From: Nannocystis sp.
GTDB taxonomy: Bacteria > Myxococcota_A > Polyangia > Nannocystales > Nannocystaceae
Length of the DNA: 64,000 nt
Assembly (NCBI RefSeq): GCF_016717175.1
Contig: NZ_JADKFZ010000004.1
Strand: one strand, 5' to 3'
The first letter of the stretch is position 1, and each line of letters begins with the position of its first letter. Shown here in pieces: positions 49,683-59,989 of the stretch. The position numbers and the translations under genes are program-made. The notes under the pieces were generated by a model that was not told where the DNA came from, made no database searches, and worked only from the letters and a program-made list of their open reading frames with translations.

Positions 49683-50446
49683 GCCGGCGGGGTTCCTGGG
49701 TCGGGGAGGTATTCGTAGGTGCGCTCGATTGCGCGGAGGAGGGCGTCGCAGGCGAGGAGCGTGTTGACGGCGGCTGCGAGCGACGTGTTTGCGGCGATGA
49801 CGTCAGCGGTCGGATAGCCCTCGAGCAACGCGTCGTTGTGACGCTTGCCGAGGCAGAGCTGATCGGACGGGTGGGCCACGTCGTCGAGCAGCGAGCGGTC
49901 GGCGCGCCAGGCTGCGAGCAGCTCGGGGCACCGACAGTCTGCAGTATGTCGGCATAGCTGCAGAGCCCGGTCGGTGTTCTGGTAGAGCCATGCCTCGAGT
50001 TCCCAGTAGGGGACAAGCGTGAAATAGCGGGTCATGAGGCGATCGATCTCCGCGTCAGGTAGCTTCTCGCCTTGGAGGCGCAGGCGAACGTGAGTGAGGA
50101 TGTCGCGCTCGACGGCGGCTGCGTTCTCGCTCGGCTTTCGCTTGCGATCCGACCAGCGCCGGTCCGCGTCGACGTGGTGAAAGACGAACCGGTCGGGGAG
50201 CACTAGCTGGGTGGCGATGTAGCCGTAGAGCAGGCGCAGGTAGCGGTGGCGAGGGTTCTTGAATTGGTTTGCAGTCAAGACCTCGCGGGCCTGATCGTTG
50301 CCGGGCTCGAAACGAATGCGGTGGTTGTCGCAGCAGGGATCGAGGTGGCGGAACATCTTCTTGACGAGGAGCTCAATCGTCTCGAGAGCTCGCGGGCTTC
50401 CATCTTCGGTCAGCACTAGCACTGAGAACGCAGGCTCGCTCACCAC
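49679..50446 (-). CDS. TOPRIM-like / RloB-like partner protein of the adjacent ATPase (putative nuclease of a two-gene defence-type module)
   Basis: 255 aa. VLVLTEDGS (Glu) and FHHVDADRRW (DxD) resemble a TOPRIM-like catalytic layout. Overlaps the ATPase gene by 7 nt. GC is about 60% versus about 72% in the flanks. Confidence 0.5.
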   Translation of the reverse strand: MVSEPAFSVLVLTEDGSPRALETIELLVKKMFRHLDPCCDNHRIRFEPGNDQAREVLTANQFKNPRHRYLRLLYGYIATQLVLPDRFVFHHVDADRRWSDRKRKPSENAAAVERDILTHVRLRLQGEKLPDAEIDRLMTRYFTLVPYWELEAWLYQNTDRALQLCRHTADCRCPELLAAWRADRSLLDDVAHPSDQLCLGKRHNDALLEGYPTADVIAANTSLAAAVNTLLACDALLRAIERTYEYLPDPGTPPA

Positions 50447-51729
50447 AGACCTCGCGTCATGAGAATATCGCCGGGGCTCTCGATGCCGGCCTGGTAGCTC
50501 TCGAAGAAGTTGCGGGCGTCGCGTTCGGACATGTTCTGCCAGACGAGCTGCTCGGCGCCGTCGACGAGCTCGGACTTGCAGGTGATGAAGCAGGACTGGA
50601 CCTGCTCGATGGAACGGAACTCGACGTACTCGAAGAGGAGGGGGTTTTGGCTGGTGAGGAAGGCTTGGCGGTCGCCGATCGCTTCCATGCAGGCGGCTAT
50701 CCAGCGGTGATGGAGGCCGTTCACGAGCTCGTCGGCGATGACGTACGCGGGTGTGGCCGCGAGATAGTAGAAGAATGCGAGGAGGCGCTTTTGTCCGTAG
50801 CTCAGCAGATCATGGGTGATGGTGCGTCCATCGTTGCGCGTGAAGGTGAAGGCCGAGCCCCGGATATCGAACTTGCGAAGCTTGCCGTTCGGCGGATTTT
50901 CGATCTGGGCGATCAGTGGCCGCCAGGCAGCTTCGCGGACACCCATCGCCGCGGCGACCGCTACCAGGAAATTTAGGGCGGACCGGTCTTCGTTGCCCTC
51001 GGGTCCCGCTGTCACCCGGAGCTCGCCCGCAGGGCTGTCGTGTGCATGCGTTACGAGGGCGCCAAGCCGAAGAGGGGTGAAGTTGAGGCTTCGGGGCGAT
51101 GCCTCGCGATCGCCGAATTGTGTGATTCGCAAGAACGCCGTATTCGGAGTTCCTGATGTCTGCGACACCGGGGGGCGTCCGGTCATGGCGAGGAATGCGT
51201 CGAGCGATTCATCGAAGCGAAATACCGAGTCCAGGAACAGTAATTCGGTGGCCTCGCCGGCCCACAGGGGCAGTGGGTCGAGTTGCTCGAGGTTCTCGGA
51301 GAGGTAGTCACGGTGAAACGGTGAGAGCGGCGGCAGTGTCGTAGAGACGCCGTCGATCGTGACATTGGTACTCGTATGCGTACCGGTGAGCGTTACTGCT
51401 TCAGGAGGTGCGTGCTGCGACAAGCTGGCCTCGTAGCTGGCCTCATAGCCGCTGCGTCGCTCGTCTGGCTTCTCGATGAACGTGTTCCTGACGTGGATCG
51501 TTGCGGAGTGTTTCTCGTTGGCGAGCGTGTACTCCAGGTCGAATGCCTCGTTCTCAAGGGATGCGAGGCTACGGGAAGCTACACAGGCGATCAGCCCGAG
51601 CAGCGTCGTCTTGCCCGACCCGTTCTGCCCGAGCACCAGATTAATCCCGTCGTCGAAGCGCAGCTCCGTGCCGGGGCGGACGTTCCTGTACTGGTGGATC
51701 TTGAGGTGTTTGAGCTTCACGCCGGGCAT
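50440..51729 (-). CDS. ABC-type / AAA_21-family ATPase (OLD/AriA-like)
   Basis: Walker A LVLGQNGSGKTTLLG. ABC-signature-like LSYGQKRLLAFFYYLA. Walker B VIADELVNGLH. D-/H-loop TSQNP. An N-terminal KLKHLKIHQYRNV beta-strand as in RecF/OLD ATPases. Low-GC island. Confidence 0.75.
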   Translation of the reverse strand: MPGVKLKHLKIHQYRNVRPGTELRFDDGINLVLGQNGSGKTTLLGLIACVASRSLASLENEAFDLEYTLANEKHSATIHVRNTFIEKPDERRSGYEASYEASLSQHAPPEAVTLTGTHTSTNVTIDGVSTTLPPLSPFHRDYLSENLEQLDPLPLWAGEATELLFLDSVFRFDESLDAFLAMTGRPPVSQTSGTPNTAFLRITQFGDREASPRSLNFTPLRLGALVTHAHDSPAGELRVTAGPEGNEDRSALNFLVAVAAAMGVREAAWRPLIAQIENPPNGKLRKFDIRGSAFTFTRNDGRTITHDLLSYGQKRLLAFFYYLAATPAYVIADELVNGLHHRWIAACMEAIGDRQAFLTSQNPLLFEYVEFRSIEQVQSCFITCKSELVDGAEQLVWQNMSERDARNFFESYQAGIESPGDILMTRGLW

Positions 51730-51732
51730 GGG

Positions 51733-54371
51733 CTACTCCACCTCGACGAGGCCGGGGAGCAGGGCGAGGGCCTCGTCTTGCGGGAGGAACAGGAGCGCGA
51801 GCGGCAGGCGGGCGAGGGCGGCGGAGAGGGCGAGGGGGAGCTGTTGTTTGGCGTCGCGGCGCGACTGGAGGCGGGTGCGCAGGCCATCGTCGCCGGGCTG
51901 GGGGATGACTTGCTCGAGCAGGATGTCGACGAGGCGGCGCTGGCGGGGGAAGACGCGGAGGTCGAGCTCGATGCGGGCGGGGACGCCGGCCTTGCTGCGG
52001 ACGGCGGCGACGGCCTCGCGCAGGCCGCCGAATTCGTCGACCAGCTTGAGGTCCTTGGCGTCGGTGCCGGAGTAGACGTGGCCGCGGCCGAGCTCGTCGA
52101 CGCGCTCGATCGTCAGCTTGCGGCCCTCGGCGACGCGGCGGCGAAACAGGTCGTACACGCGGCGGATGGAGGCGTCCATGCGGGCGCGCTGGTCCTCGCT
52201 GAAGGGCTTGTAGAGGCTGGCGATGTCGGCGTTCTTGCCGCGGCTGAAGGTGCTGGTGGAGATGCCGAGCTTGGCGAGCAGGCCGGAGAGGTCGAAGTGC
52301 AGGCTGACGACGCCGATCGATCCGGTGATCGTGGTGGGCTGGGCGAAGATCTGGCGCGCGCCCATGGCGACGTAGTAGCCGCCGCTGGCGGCGACGTCGC
52401 CCATGGACACTACGATCGGAGGGCTCTTGCGCGGGGTCTTCTCGTGAGCCTCCTGTGTGCGCGAGACCTCGCGCCAGATCAGATCGGAGGCGAGGGCGGA
52501 GCCGCCGGGGCTGTTGACGCGCAGGACGATGCCCTTGCACATGGGGTCGGCGCGGAGGTTGCGGAGCTGCTGGACGAGGGTGTCGGCGCCGGCGAACTGG
52601 ATGTTGAGGAAGGGGATCGTTCGACTCTCGCCGTCGATGATGGTGCCCTCGACGAGCACGACGGCGGTGTAGGGGGCGTTGGCCCAGGTCGGGAGCTCGG
52701 GGTCGGTCTCGCCGAAGCTGGCGAACTTGACGCGGGCGCCGACGGCGGTGGAGATCGATTCGATGACCTCGTCGCGGTGGACGACCTTGTCGACCAGCTT
52801 GTGCGCGAGCGCCTGCTCGGGGCCGTGCGGGGCCTCGTCGATGAGGCCGCGGACCTGGTTCTGGGCGAGGCCGCGGGCCTGGGCGATGTCCTTGAGGATC
52901 TGGGCGTAGGTGTCGTCGAGGATCGCCTCGCGCTGCTGACGGTCGGGCTCGGAGGGGCCGCTGCGAGTGAAGCGCTCGTGGGCGCTCTTGTACTCGTTGA
53001 TGTAGAGGCCCTCGACGTTGACGCCGAGCTTCTCGAGGGCGCCCTTGAAGTAGAGGGTGGTGGCGGAGAGGCCGAAGGTGGCGAGCTCGCCGGCGGGGTG
53101 GATGTAGACCTGCTCGGCGACGCTGGCGAGGTAGTAGTCCTTGAGGTCGCCGCCCTCGAGGTAGGCGAAGACGTGGCCGCCGGCGTTGCGGACGCGGATG
53201 AGCGCGGCGCGGAGCTCCTGCAGGCTGGCCCAGCCGAGCTTGGCGGCGCGGGCGTCGACCAGGAGGATCGATCGCGGGCCGGCTTGCTCGGCGCGCGCGA
53301 GGCGTTCGAGCAGGCGGATGAGGGCGCGCTCGCCTTTCACTGCGGAGAGGTCGATGCGTTCGGCGTCGACCAGGCGCGGCCAGAAGACGCGGCCCTGGCG
53401 GGCGCTGCTGAAGCGGGCGGCGAGGCCGAAGCCGTCGACGCCGCCGGACAGGCCGGCGTGCATGCCGGCGCGGACGGTCATGAGGTCCCACGAGACGGCG
53501 AGGGCGACCGAGCCGCGCACGGCCTTGGCGTCGGCGACGACGGCGTAGGTGTTGCGGTCGAGGATGTGGGCCCGGACCTGCTCGACCTCGCCGGCGAGCT
53601 CGATGCCCTGGTAGCGGAAGGCGACGCGGCCGCGCGGGAGGACGCCGAGGTACTCGCCGAACTGCGGGGTGACGATGTCCGGGTTGCCGCGCCAGCGCGT
53701 GCGCACGCCGCCGGCGAGCTCGAGCATGCGGGTGCCGAGCGGGCGCAGGGCGAGCTCGCCGGTGACGGCGAACTCCTGCGGGAGGCTGCCCTCGGGTTGG
53801 AGGTCGGCGGGGCCGAGGCGGGCGACGGCGCCGACGGAGGCGTAGTTGCGGATGCGGACGAGGAGGCCGAGGTCGAGGTCGGGGCGGCGCAGGCTCTGGC
53901 CGCGGTCGAGCATCCAGTGCAGGCCGAGGCCGAGGGCGGCGACCTTGCCGTCGCCGGCGCTGAGGCCCCACGAGACCTTGGTGAAGTCGGGGTTCTGGGC
54001 GGCGCGGCTGTCGGTGTAGTTGCCGCCGAAGCTGGGGAGCACGCGCTGGACGCCGAGGCCGGTGGCGAAGCCGAGGCCGAGGTTGAGGCCGAGGAAGCCG
54101 CCGACGCCCGAGCCGCGTGTGAACGCGGAGGTCGATCGGTAGCCCATGATCACGGCGTCGAGGCCCTTCACGGCCGAGAGCAGGGCGGGGTTTAGCTCGA
54201 GGCTGCTGGCGTCGCCTTCGCCCGAGTAGTCGTGGATCGGGCGGTCGATGCCGTCGCTGGCGCCGCGGTCGACGGCGACCGGCTGCTGCGCGGCGGCGGG
54301 GGTGGTCAGCGTGGCGACGAGGGCGACGACGACGAGCGGGCCCCGTGGACCTGGCTTTGGGGACAGGGTGC

Positions 54372-54375
<4 letters not shown>
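51733..54375 (-). CDS. sppA: signal peptide peptidase SppA (S49, two-domain) with N-terminal extension (paralog 2)
   Basis: Has RVNSPGGSALASDLI and GDVAASGGYYVAMGA. Signal peptide LVVVALVATLTTPAAAQQ from ATG 54375. Stop is 3 nt before the ATPase ATG. Confidence 0.8.
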
Positions 54376-54823
<448 letters not shown>

Positions 54824-54938
54824 TCGGCCGCGACTGTACCGCAAGTCGGGCGATCCGCGGGGGCCGGTGCGGCGGCGCAGCAGGGCAAGTCGGGCGATCC
54901 GCGGAGGCCGACGCGGCGCAGCATGGCAAGTCGGGCGA

Positions 54939-57347
54939 TCAGCGGAGGCCGGCGCGGCGGCGCAGCAGGGCCTCGCCGCCGAGGCCGATCAGCGCGAGCA
55001 GGAGGGCCCAGGGGCCGTCCCACAGCGGCACGCTGCGGCGGCTGTCGATGCGCAGGCCGGGGCCCTCGTCGCCGAGCTCGGCGAGTGGCAAGGAGCTCGG
55101 CAGGGCGTCGCCGTCGCGGGCGCGGAGGAAGCGGCCGCCGGTGGCCTCGGCGAGGGCCTGGAGGCGCTGTTCGCCGGGGTCGGCGTCGACGCGGGCGAGC
55201 TCGTGGCCGGGCTCGTCGACCAGGAAGACGCGGCGGGCGCGGGCCGGCGGCGGGCCGTCGACCTGTCCCGAAGGACCTGTCCTCCAGGCCATGGCCTCGT
55301 AGGCGCCGACGGGGAGGCGGCCGGGCAAGGTGTCGCTGGCACGGCCGAGGGCGTCGGTGGTCCATGTCCCTTCGGACAGGAGGAAGGTGGGCGGGGTGGA
55401 GGTGGTGGTGCTCGCGGGAGGAGGCTCGACGGCGCCGAGCGGGCGGACCTCCCAGGCGAGCGGGACGGCGGGCTCGGGGGCGTAGCTGGGGGTGAGGGCG
55501 GTGGCTCGCAGGGTGACTGGTTGGCCGCGGAGGTAGCTCGGGCGGTCGGTCTCGAGGCTGAGGCGCTCGGCGGCCGCGTCGCGCAGCAGCCAGCGGACGG
55601 CGCCGAGCCACAGGAGGTCGTAGGGGCGGGCGCCGTCGACGAGCGGGAGGTCGGCGGCGAAGCCGAGGCGCCAGGTGGCGCCGGTGGCGAGGACCAGGCT
55701 GCGGCCCTTGCCGGGCTCGGCGATCGCGAGCAGGGGGGCGCCGCCCTGGGCGGTGAGCAGCACGGCGCTGGCGATGCTGGCGGCGTGGGGCGCGAGCTGG
55801 ACGGGGTTGTAGCTGTCGAAGGCGGGGAGGGTCGACCAGTCGGGCGGGAGGGCGGCGAGCCAGGCGGTGATCGGGTGGCGTCGGCCGGCGTCGCTGAGGG
55901 CGGGGCGGTAGCTGTCGGTGAGGGTGCCGGTGGGGCGACGCGTGTCGACGGGGAGGGTCGTGGCGAGCACGCCGGGGTAGTCGCCGGTGGCGAGGCCCAT
56001 GTCGCCGCCGATGACGACGAGGGCGCCGCCCTCCTGCACGTAGCTGGCGATGTCGCCGAGGTAGACGCCGACCTGATGGTTGATCGCGTCGAAGTTGTGG
56101 AGGATGACGAGGTCGAAGGAGCCGAGCTGCTCCTTGAAGAGCTCGTCGGTGGGGAAGGCGATCAGGCTGAGCTCGGCGGAGGGGTCGTCGCGGTCGGCGT
56201 CCTCGACGCTGCGCAGGATGTAGTAGCTGAGCAGCTCGACGTTGGGGTCGCGGCCGAGCAGGGTCCGGAGGGCGCGCACGTCCCAGTCGGGGCGGCCGGC
56301 GACGTGGAGGACGCGGACCTTGTCGCGCAGGACCTTGACGACGAAGGCGCGGCGGTTGTTGGCGAGGGTGGCCTCGCCGGGCAGCGGGCGCACGGCGATC
56401 TCGTGGACGAACTGGCCGACGCGGTCGGGGGCGACCTCGAAGCGCACGGGGACCGGGACGCCGTCGGCGGCGAGGGTGACGCGGGTGCTAGCGACGAGGG
56501 CGCCGTCGCGGCGCAGGTCGACGTCGACGGGCGTGTCGGCGAGGCCGTGGGCGATGAGCTCTGCGCTGAACTCGGTGACGTTCTCGACGAAGGCGAACTC
56601 GCCGGCGTGGAGCTCGGCGACGGCGACGTCGCGGATCGCGGGGGCGCCGGCGCTGACGGTGGTGATCGGGACGCCGAGGGCGCGGGCGGCCAGGAGCAGC
56701 GGGTCCTGGCCGGGCTGTCCGGAAGTACCTGTCCCTTCGAACAGGCCGTCGGAGAGCACGAGGACGGCGGCGAGCGGGCGGGGGTCGTCGGTGGCGAGGC
56801 CGGGCTCGCCGGCGTCCGGGGCCTGGGCGAGCTCGGCGAGGGCGCGGGCGAGGTCGGAGGCGGGGCCGTCGACGGGGACCTTGAGCTCGTCGGCGTCGGT
56901 CTCGGCGATCGGGCGGCTGCGATCGGCGAAGCTGCGCAGGCCGGGGGACAGGCCCTGCTCGCGCCAGGCGGCGCGGGCCGGGGCGCCGGCGGACCAGAAG
57001 CTGCGCAGGCGATCGATGCGCGGGGTGGTCTTGGCGCCGGGGCGCTCGGCGTCGGCGAGGGCCATGCTGGCGCTGGCGTCGACGAGCACGGCGACGCGCG
57101 GACCGACCGGACGCACGGTCTCCCGGGCGAGGGTGAGCTCGAGGCCGACGGTGAGCAGGGCCAGCAGGCCGAGCATGCGCAGGGTGAACAGGCCGAGGCG
57201 GGTGCGGCGGGGCAGCGCGGGCCGGCCGGGGCCGGCGCCGCGGAGCGCGAGCGCGGCCTCGACGACGGCAATGGCGAGGCACACGACCAGGAGGGTCAGG
57301 GCCAGCGGGTCCGGCACGTGGCCCGCGACGAGGCGCCAGCGCTCCAT
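54939..57347 (-). CDS. BatA/BatB-like membrane protein with vWA and class-I glutamine-amidotransferase-like domains
   Basis: Two N-terminal TM helices. vWA MIDAS motif VLVDASASM. GATase1-like ILHNFDAI…GGALVVIGGD. C-terminal TM helix. 802 aa. Confidence 0.6.
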   Translation of the reverse strand: MERWRLVAGHVPDPLALTLLVVCLAIAVVEAALALRGAGPGRPALPRRTRLGLFTLRMLGLLALLTVGLELTLARETVRPVGPRVAVLVDASASMALADAERPGAKTTPRIDRLRSFWSAGAPARAAWREQGLSPGLRSFADRSRPIAETDADELKVPVDGPASDLARALAELAQAPDAGEPGLATDDPRPLAAVLVLSDGLFEGTGTSGQPGQDPLLLAARALGVPITTVSAGAPAIRDVAVAELHAGEFAFVENVTEFSAELIAHGLADTPVDVDLRRDGALVASTRVTLAADGVPVPVRFEVAPDRVGQFVHEIAVRPLPGEATLANNRRAFVVKVLRDKVRVLHVAGRPDWDVRALRTLLGRDPNVELLSYYILRSVEDADRDDPSAELSLIAFPTDELFKEQLGSFDLVILHNFDAINHQVGVYLGDIASYVQEGGALVVIGGDMGLATGDYPGVLATTLPVDTRRPTGTLTDSYRPALSDAGRRHPITAWLAALPPDWSTLPAFDSYNPVQLAPHAASIASAVLLTAQGGAPLLAIAEPGKGRSLVLATGATWRLGFAADLPLVDGARPYDLLWLGAVRWLLRDAAAERLSLETDRPSYLRGQPVTLRATALTPSYAPEPAVPLAWEVRPLGAVEPPPASTTTSTPPTFLLSEGTWTTDALGRASDTLPGRLPVGAYEAMAWRTGPSGQVDGPPPARARRVFLVDEPGHELARVDADPGEQRLQALAEATGGRFLRARDGDALPSSLPLAELGDEGPGLRIDSRRSVPLWDGPWALLLALIGLGGEALLRRRAGLR

Positions 57348-57367
57348 GCTAGCGGCGCAGCTCCGGG

Positions 57368-57520
57368 GTGGGGCGGGGTTGGACCTGGCTCTCGAGGCAG
57401 GTTCGGCTGGCCTCTGGGACAGGGCGCGTGGGACAGGTGGGGCGGGGCAGGACCTGGCTCTCGAGGCAGGTTCGGCTGGCCTCTGGGACAGGGCGTGTGG
57501 GACAGGTGGGGCGGGGCATG
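57368..57520. repeat. 2.2 x 62-bp tandem repeat immediately upstream of the BatA-like gene
   Basis: ggggcgggg(t/c)(t/a)ggacctggctctcgaggcaggttcggctggcctctgggacagggcg(c/t)gtgggacaggt occurs twice, followed by ggggcggggcatgg. Confidence 0.85.
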
Positions 57521-57521
57521 G

Positions 57522-58358
57522 TCAGCGCCAGCGGCGGGTGCGGAGGAGGGTCTCGACGTGGGCGCGGTCGGCCTTGTAGTCGGTGCAGGTGGCGTAGAGC
57601 AGGATGTTGACGGCGAAGCGGGTGGCCCACTCGCGCTGCTGCGGGCCGCCGGGGGTGCAGGGGAAGCTGTGGAGGCCGTCGGGGCCGCGGGCGAGGGCGC
57701 CGCCGAGGTCGTTGCGGACCAGCAGGACCTTGAGGCGGCCCTCCTCCTGGACGCCGAGGGCGTGGTTGAAGGCGCGGGTGCGGCCGACTGGTTCGTCGAG
57801 GACGTAGAAGGAGCGGTAGAGGACGTGGTCGCGGGCGACGGGGGTGAGGGGCGAGCCGGGGAGGATGCGGGCGAGCAGGGCCTGCACGTCGCGCTCGAAG
57901 CCCGGGTCGGCGCCGCCGTCGGCGGCGTCGAAGACGATCATGCCGCCTTGGTCGATGAAGCGGCCGAGCTGGGCCTCGCCGGCGTCGCCCTGCGGGGGGA
58001 GCTGCTGCTCGCCGGCGACGTAGAGGAACGGGGTGGCGAACAGCGCGGGCGAGCCGGCGGCGACGGTGCTGGGCTCGCGCAGGGGCTCGAGGCGGGTGCG
58101 CAGGCGCAGCTCGCCGGACAGCTCGCGCATGGCCCCGGGGCGCGGGTTCCAGCGGCCGGCGTACTGCAGCTGCGGGAGGTCGACGCGGAGTAGGGTCGCG
58201 GGCTCGCGCCAGTCGCTGCCCTGGGTGAAGGCGGCGAAGGGGTCGTCGTCGTCGACTTGCGGAGGCGCGGCGGCGCGGGCCGTGGCGCCGCCGGGACCAG
58301 GGAGTGCGCCGCCGAGAGCCCCGAGTGCGCCGCCGAGCCAGTGCCTGCGGGTGAACAT
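57522..58358 (-). CDS. DUF4159-domain protein with a Tat-type signal peptide
   Basis: MFTRRHWLGGALGALGGALPGPGGATA (RR motif). PFLYVAGEQQ…GGMIVFDAADGG…HVLYRSFYVLDEP matches DUF4159. Confidence 0.6.
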   Translation of the reverse strand: MFTRRHWLGGALGALGGALPGPGGATARAAAPPQVDDDDPFAAFTQGSDWREPATLLRVDLPQLQYAGRWNPRPGAMRELSGELRLRTRLEPLREPSTVAAGSPALFATPFLYVAGEQQLPPQGDAGEAQLGRFIDQGGMIVFDAADGGADPGFERDVQALLARILPGSPLTPVARDHVLYRSFYVLDEPVGRTRAFNHALGVQEEGRLKVLLVRNDLGGALARGPDGLHSFPCTPGGPQQREWATRFAVNILLYATCTDYKADRAHVETLLRTRRWR

Positions 58359-58452
58359 CGCGGCGGCAGGATAACGCAGTCGCGGGGCGGCGCGGGACAG
58401 CGCCAGGGGCGCGGATGCATCGGCTTGTGGGGGATCGCGGGCTGTCGCTATC

Positions 58453-58944
58453 GTGATCGGCGTGGTGGTGGGGTTGGGCAGGTGGCTCGTGGGGGCGGCG
58501 TGGGCTGTGGCGCTGGCGATCGGCGTGGTCGGGCCCTTGCTGGTGCGGGCGGCGTGGGAGGGCCGGGCCGAGCTGGTGGCGGCGGACGAGGCGGCGGCGG
58601 CGGGGCGCGTCGACCTCGAGATCGTGCACCTCGGTCGGGCGGCGCGCTGGCGGGTGCCGATCGCGGGGCACGACGAGGCGGCGATCGCGAGGTTGCTGGC
58701 GATCGGGGCCGCGACGGAGGGCAGCGAGGCGGGCTCGCAGACGGCGCTGGCGGCCTACCGCGAGGCCCGGGCGGCGCTGCTGGTGACGCGCGTGGGGGCG
58801 GTCGGCGACCGCGAGGCGCTCGGGCTGGCGAACCGGCGGATCGCGGCGTTGATGGCCGCGCAGGAGATGGCGTTCGGGACGGACCTGTCGGGGCGCGGGG
58901 CGGCGGAGGCGTATCACCTGGCGCTGCTCGAGCGGGCCGGGTGA
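58453..58944 (+). CDS. hypothetical membrane-anchored protein
   Basis: 163 aa with an N-terminal TM helix. GC3 is about 95% and the sequence reads as real coding. No recognisable domain. Confidence 0.4.
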   Translation: MIGVVVGLGRWLVGAAWAVALAIGVVGPLLVRAAWEGRAELVAADEAAAAGRVDLEIVHLGRAARWRVPIAGHDEAAIARLLAIGAATEGSEAGSQTALAAYREARAALLVTRVGAVGDREALGLANRRIAALMAAQEMAFGTDLSGRGAAEAYHLALLERAG

Positions 58945-59255
58945 TGCGGTACGGGCTTGAGGACAGGTGCTTCGGGACAGGTTACGGGGCTGTCCTGGAG
59001 GACAGGTGCTTCGGGACAGATTGCGAGGCTGGCCTGGAGGACAGGTGCTTCGGGACAGAGGCCCGCGCCCTCGGCCACGATTGTGACACCAGGGCAACTT
59101 CGGCCGCGCGCCGCCCCTGACGGTGGTGTCGCTGGTGGCAGGATCGCTGCTGGTGCTGGTGGCAGATGCGCCGTGGTACTGTCACTTTCGCCGCTGCTGT
59201 CGCCCGGGTCGGCCGGGCAGGCGAGGAGCACGAGGACGAGGCGACGCGCGAGCAT
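58914..59255 (-). CDS. candidate small lipoprotein with 3 x 12-aa repeats (CPEAPVLQxSxx)
   Basis: MLARRLVLVLLAC is a clean lipoprotein signal. The repeats are encoded by the 36-bp tandem DNA repeats at 58957-59059. No obvious SD. Confidence 0.35.
   Translation of the reverse strand: MLARRLVLVLLACPADPGDSSGESDSTTAHLPPAPAAILPPATPPSGAARGRSCPGVTIVAEGAGLCPEAPVLQASLAICPEAPVLQDSPVTCPEAPVLKPVPHHPARSSSAR
58957..59059. repeat. 3 x 36-bp tandem repeat (GGAGGACAGGTGCTTCGGGACAG core)
   Basis: Read directly from the sequence. Confidence 0.85.
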
Positions 59256-59354
59256 GGGGGCTGCGTATCAGGATCGCTGCGGGAGGCCGCGGGCTCGCGG
59301 GCCCGCGGCGCGCTGGTTGGCGAAGGCGCGCCGGAGGCGACCGGATCGACGGCT

Positions 59355-59978
59355 TCACGGCGCGGTGAAGATCGCGGCCCAGTAGTAGCCGTGGACCGGC
59401 GCGAGCGCGTCCTTCGCGGTGAAGTCGCCGGCGAAGGCGCCGATGCCGATCTCCTCGAGCTCGCGGGCGCGGAGCTTCCAGCAGCTGCCGGGGTTGTCGG
59501 CCCAGCTCGCGGCGATGTCGGCGGCGGCGGCCAGGTCGCTGCGCTCGGGCTCGCCGTCGTCGAGGACGGTGAAGCCGTCGTTCTCGCCGTAGGTGCTGGC
59601 GGGGTGCTCGACGGCGTCGAGGCGGGTGCCGGTGCTGACGCCGTCGGGGTCGACCTGGCCGACGAACTGGCGGGTCTGCATGTCCTGGCTGTGGAGGCGG
59701 GCGGCGCAGCGCAGGGCCGGGGCGAAGCGGAGCGGCGCGGCGGGCAGGTAGGCCAGGTCGCCGCAGCGGCCGCCCTGGGCGCGCAGGGCGTTGATCTCGG
59801 CGAGGAGGGCGAGCTCGGCGGGGGCGGCCTCCCAGGTCGCCACGGGATCGCAGCGCTCGCTGCTGGGGACCGCGGGCGGCTCGTCGGCGGGCATGTCCGT
59901 CGGCGGGTCGCAGGCCGGGAGCAGCAGGAGGAGCGCGAGGCAGGGGCGCAGCACCGGGTGAGGGTACCAGGACCCCAC
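59355..59978 (-). CDS. CAP-domain (SCP/PR-1-like) lipoprotein
   Basis: Lipobox LLLLPAC. EINALRAQGGRCGDLAY…HSQDM…SCWKLRARELEEIGIGAF are CAP/YkwD-like motifs. Confidence 0.7.
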   Translation of the reverse strand: MGSWYPHPVLRPCLALLLLLPACDPPTDMPADEPPAVPSSERCDPVATWEAAPAELALLAEINALRAQGGRCGDLAYLPAAPLRFAPALRCAARLHSQDMQTRQFVGQVDPDGVSTGTRLDAVEHPASTYGENDGFTVLDDGEPERSDLAAAADIAASWADNPGSCWKLRARELEEIGIGAFAGDFTAKDALAPVHGYYWAAIFTAP

Positions 59979-59989
59979 GTTCCTGGGGC

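Noticed and set aside
51641-53971. 776-aa minus-strand ORF
   Set aside because: An off-frame translation of the sppA paralog region. Arg/Pro-rich.
57349-59097. 582-aa minus-strand ORF reading through the 62-bp repeats
   Set aside because: It has no stop codons only because of GC content. Arg/Pro-rich.
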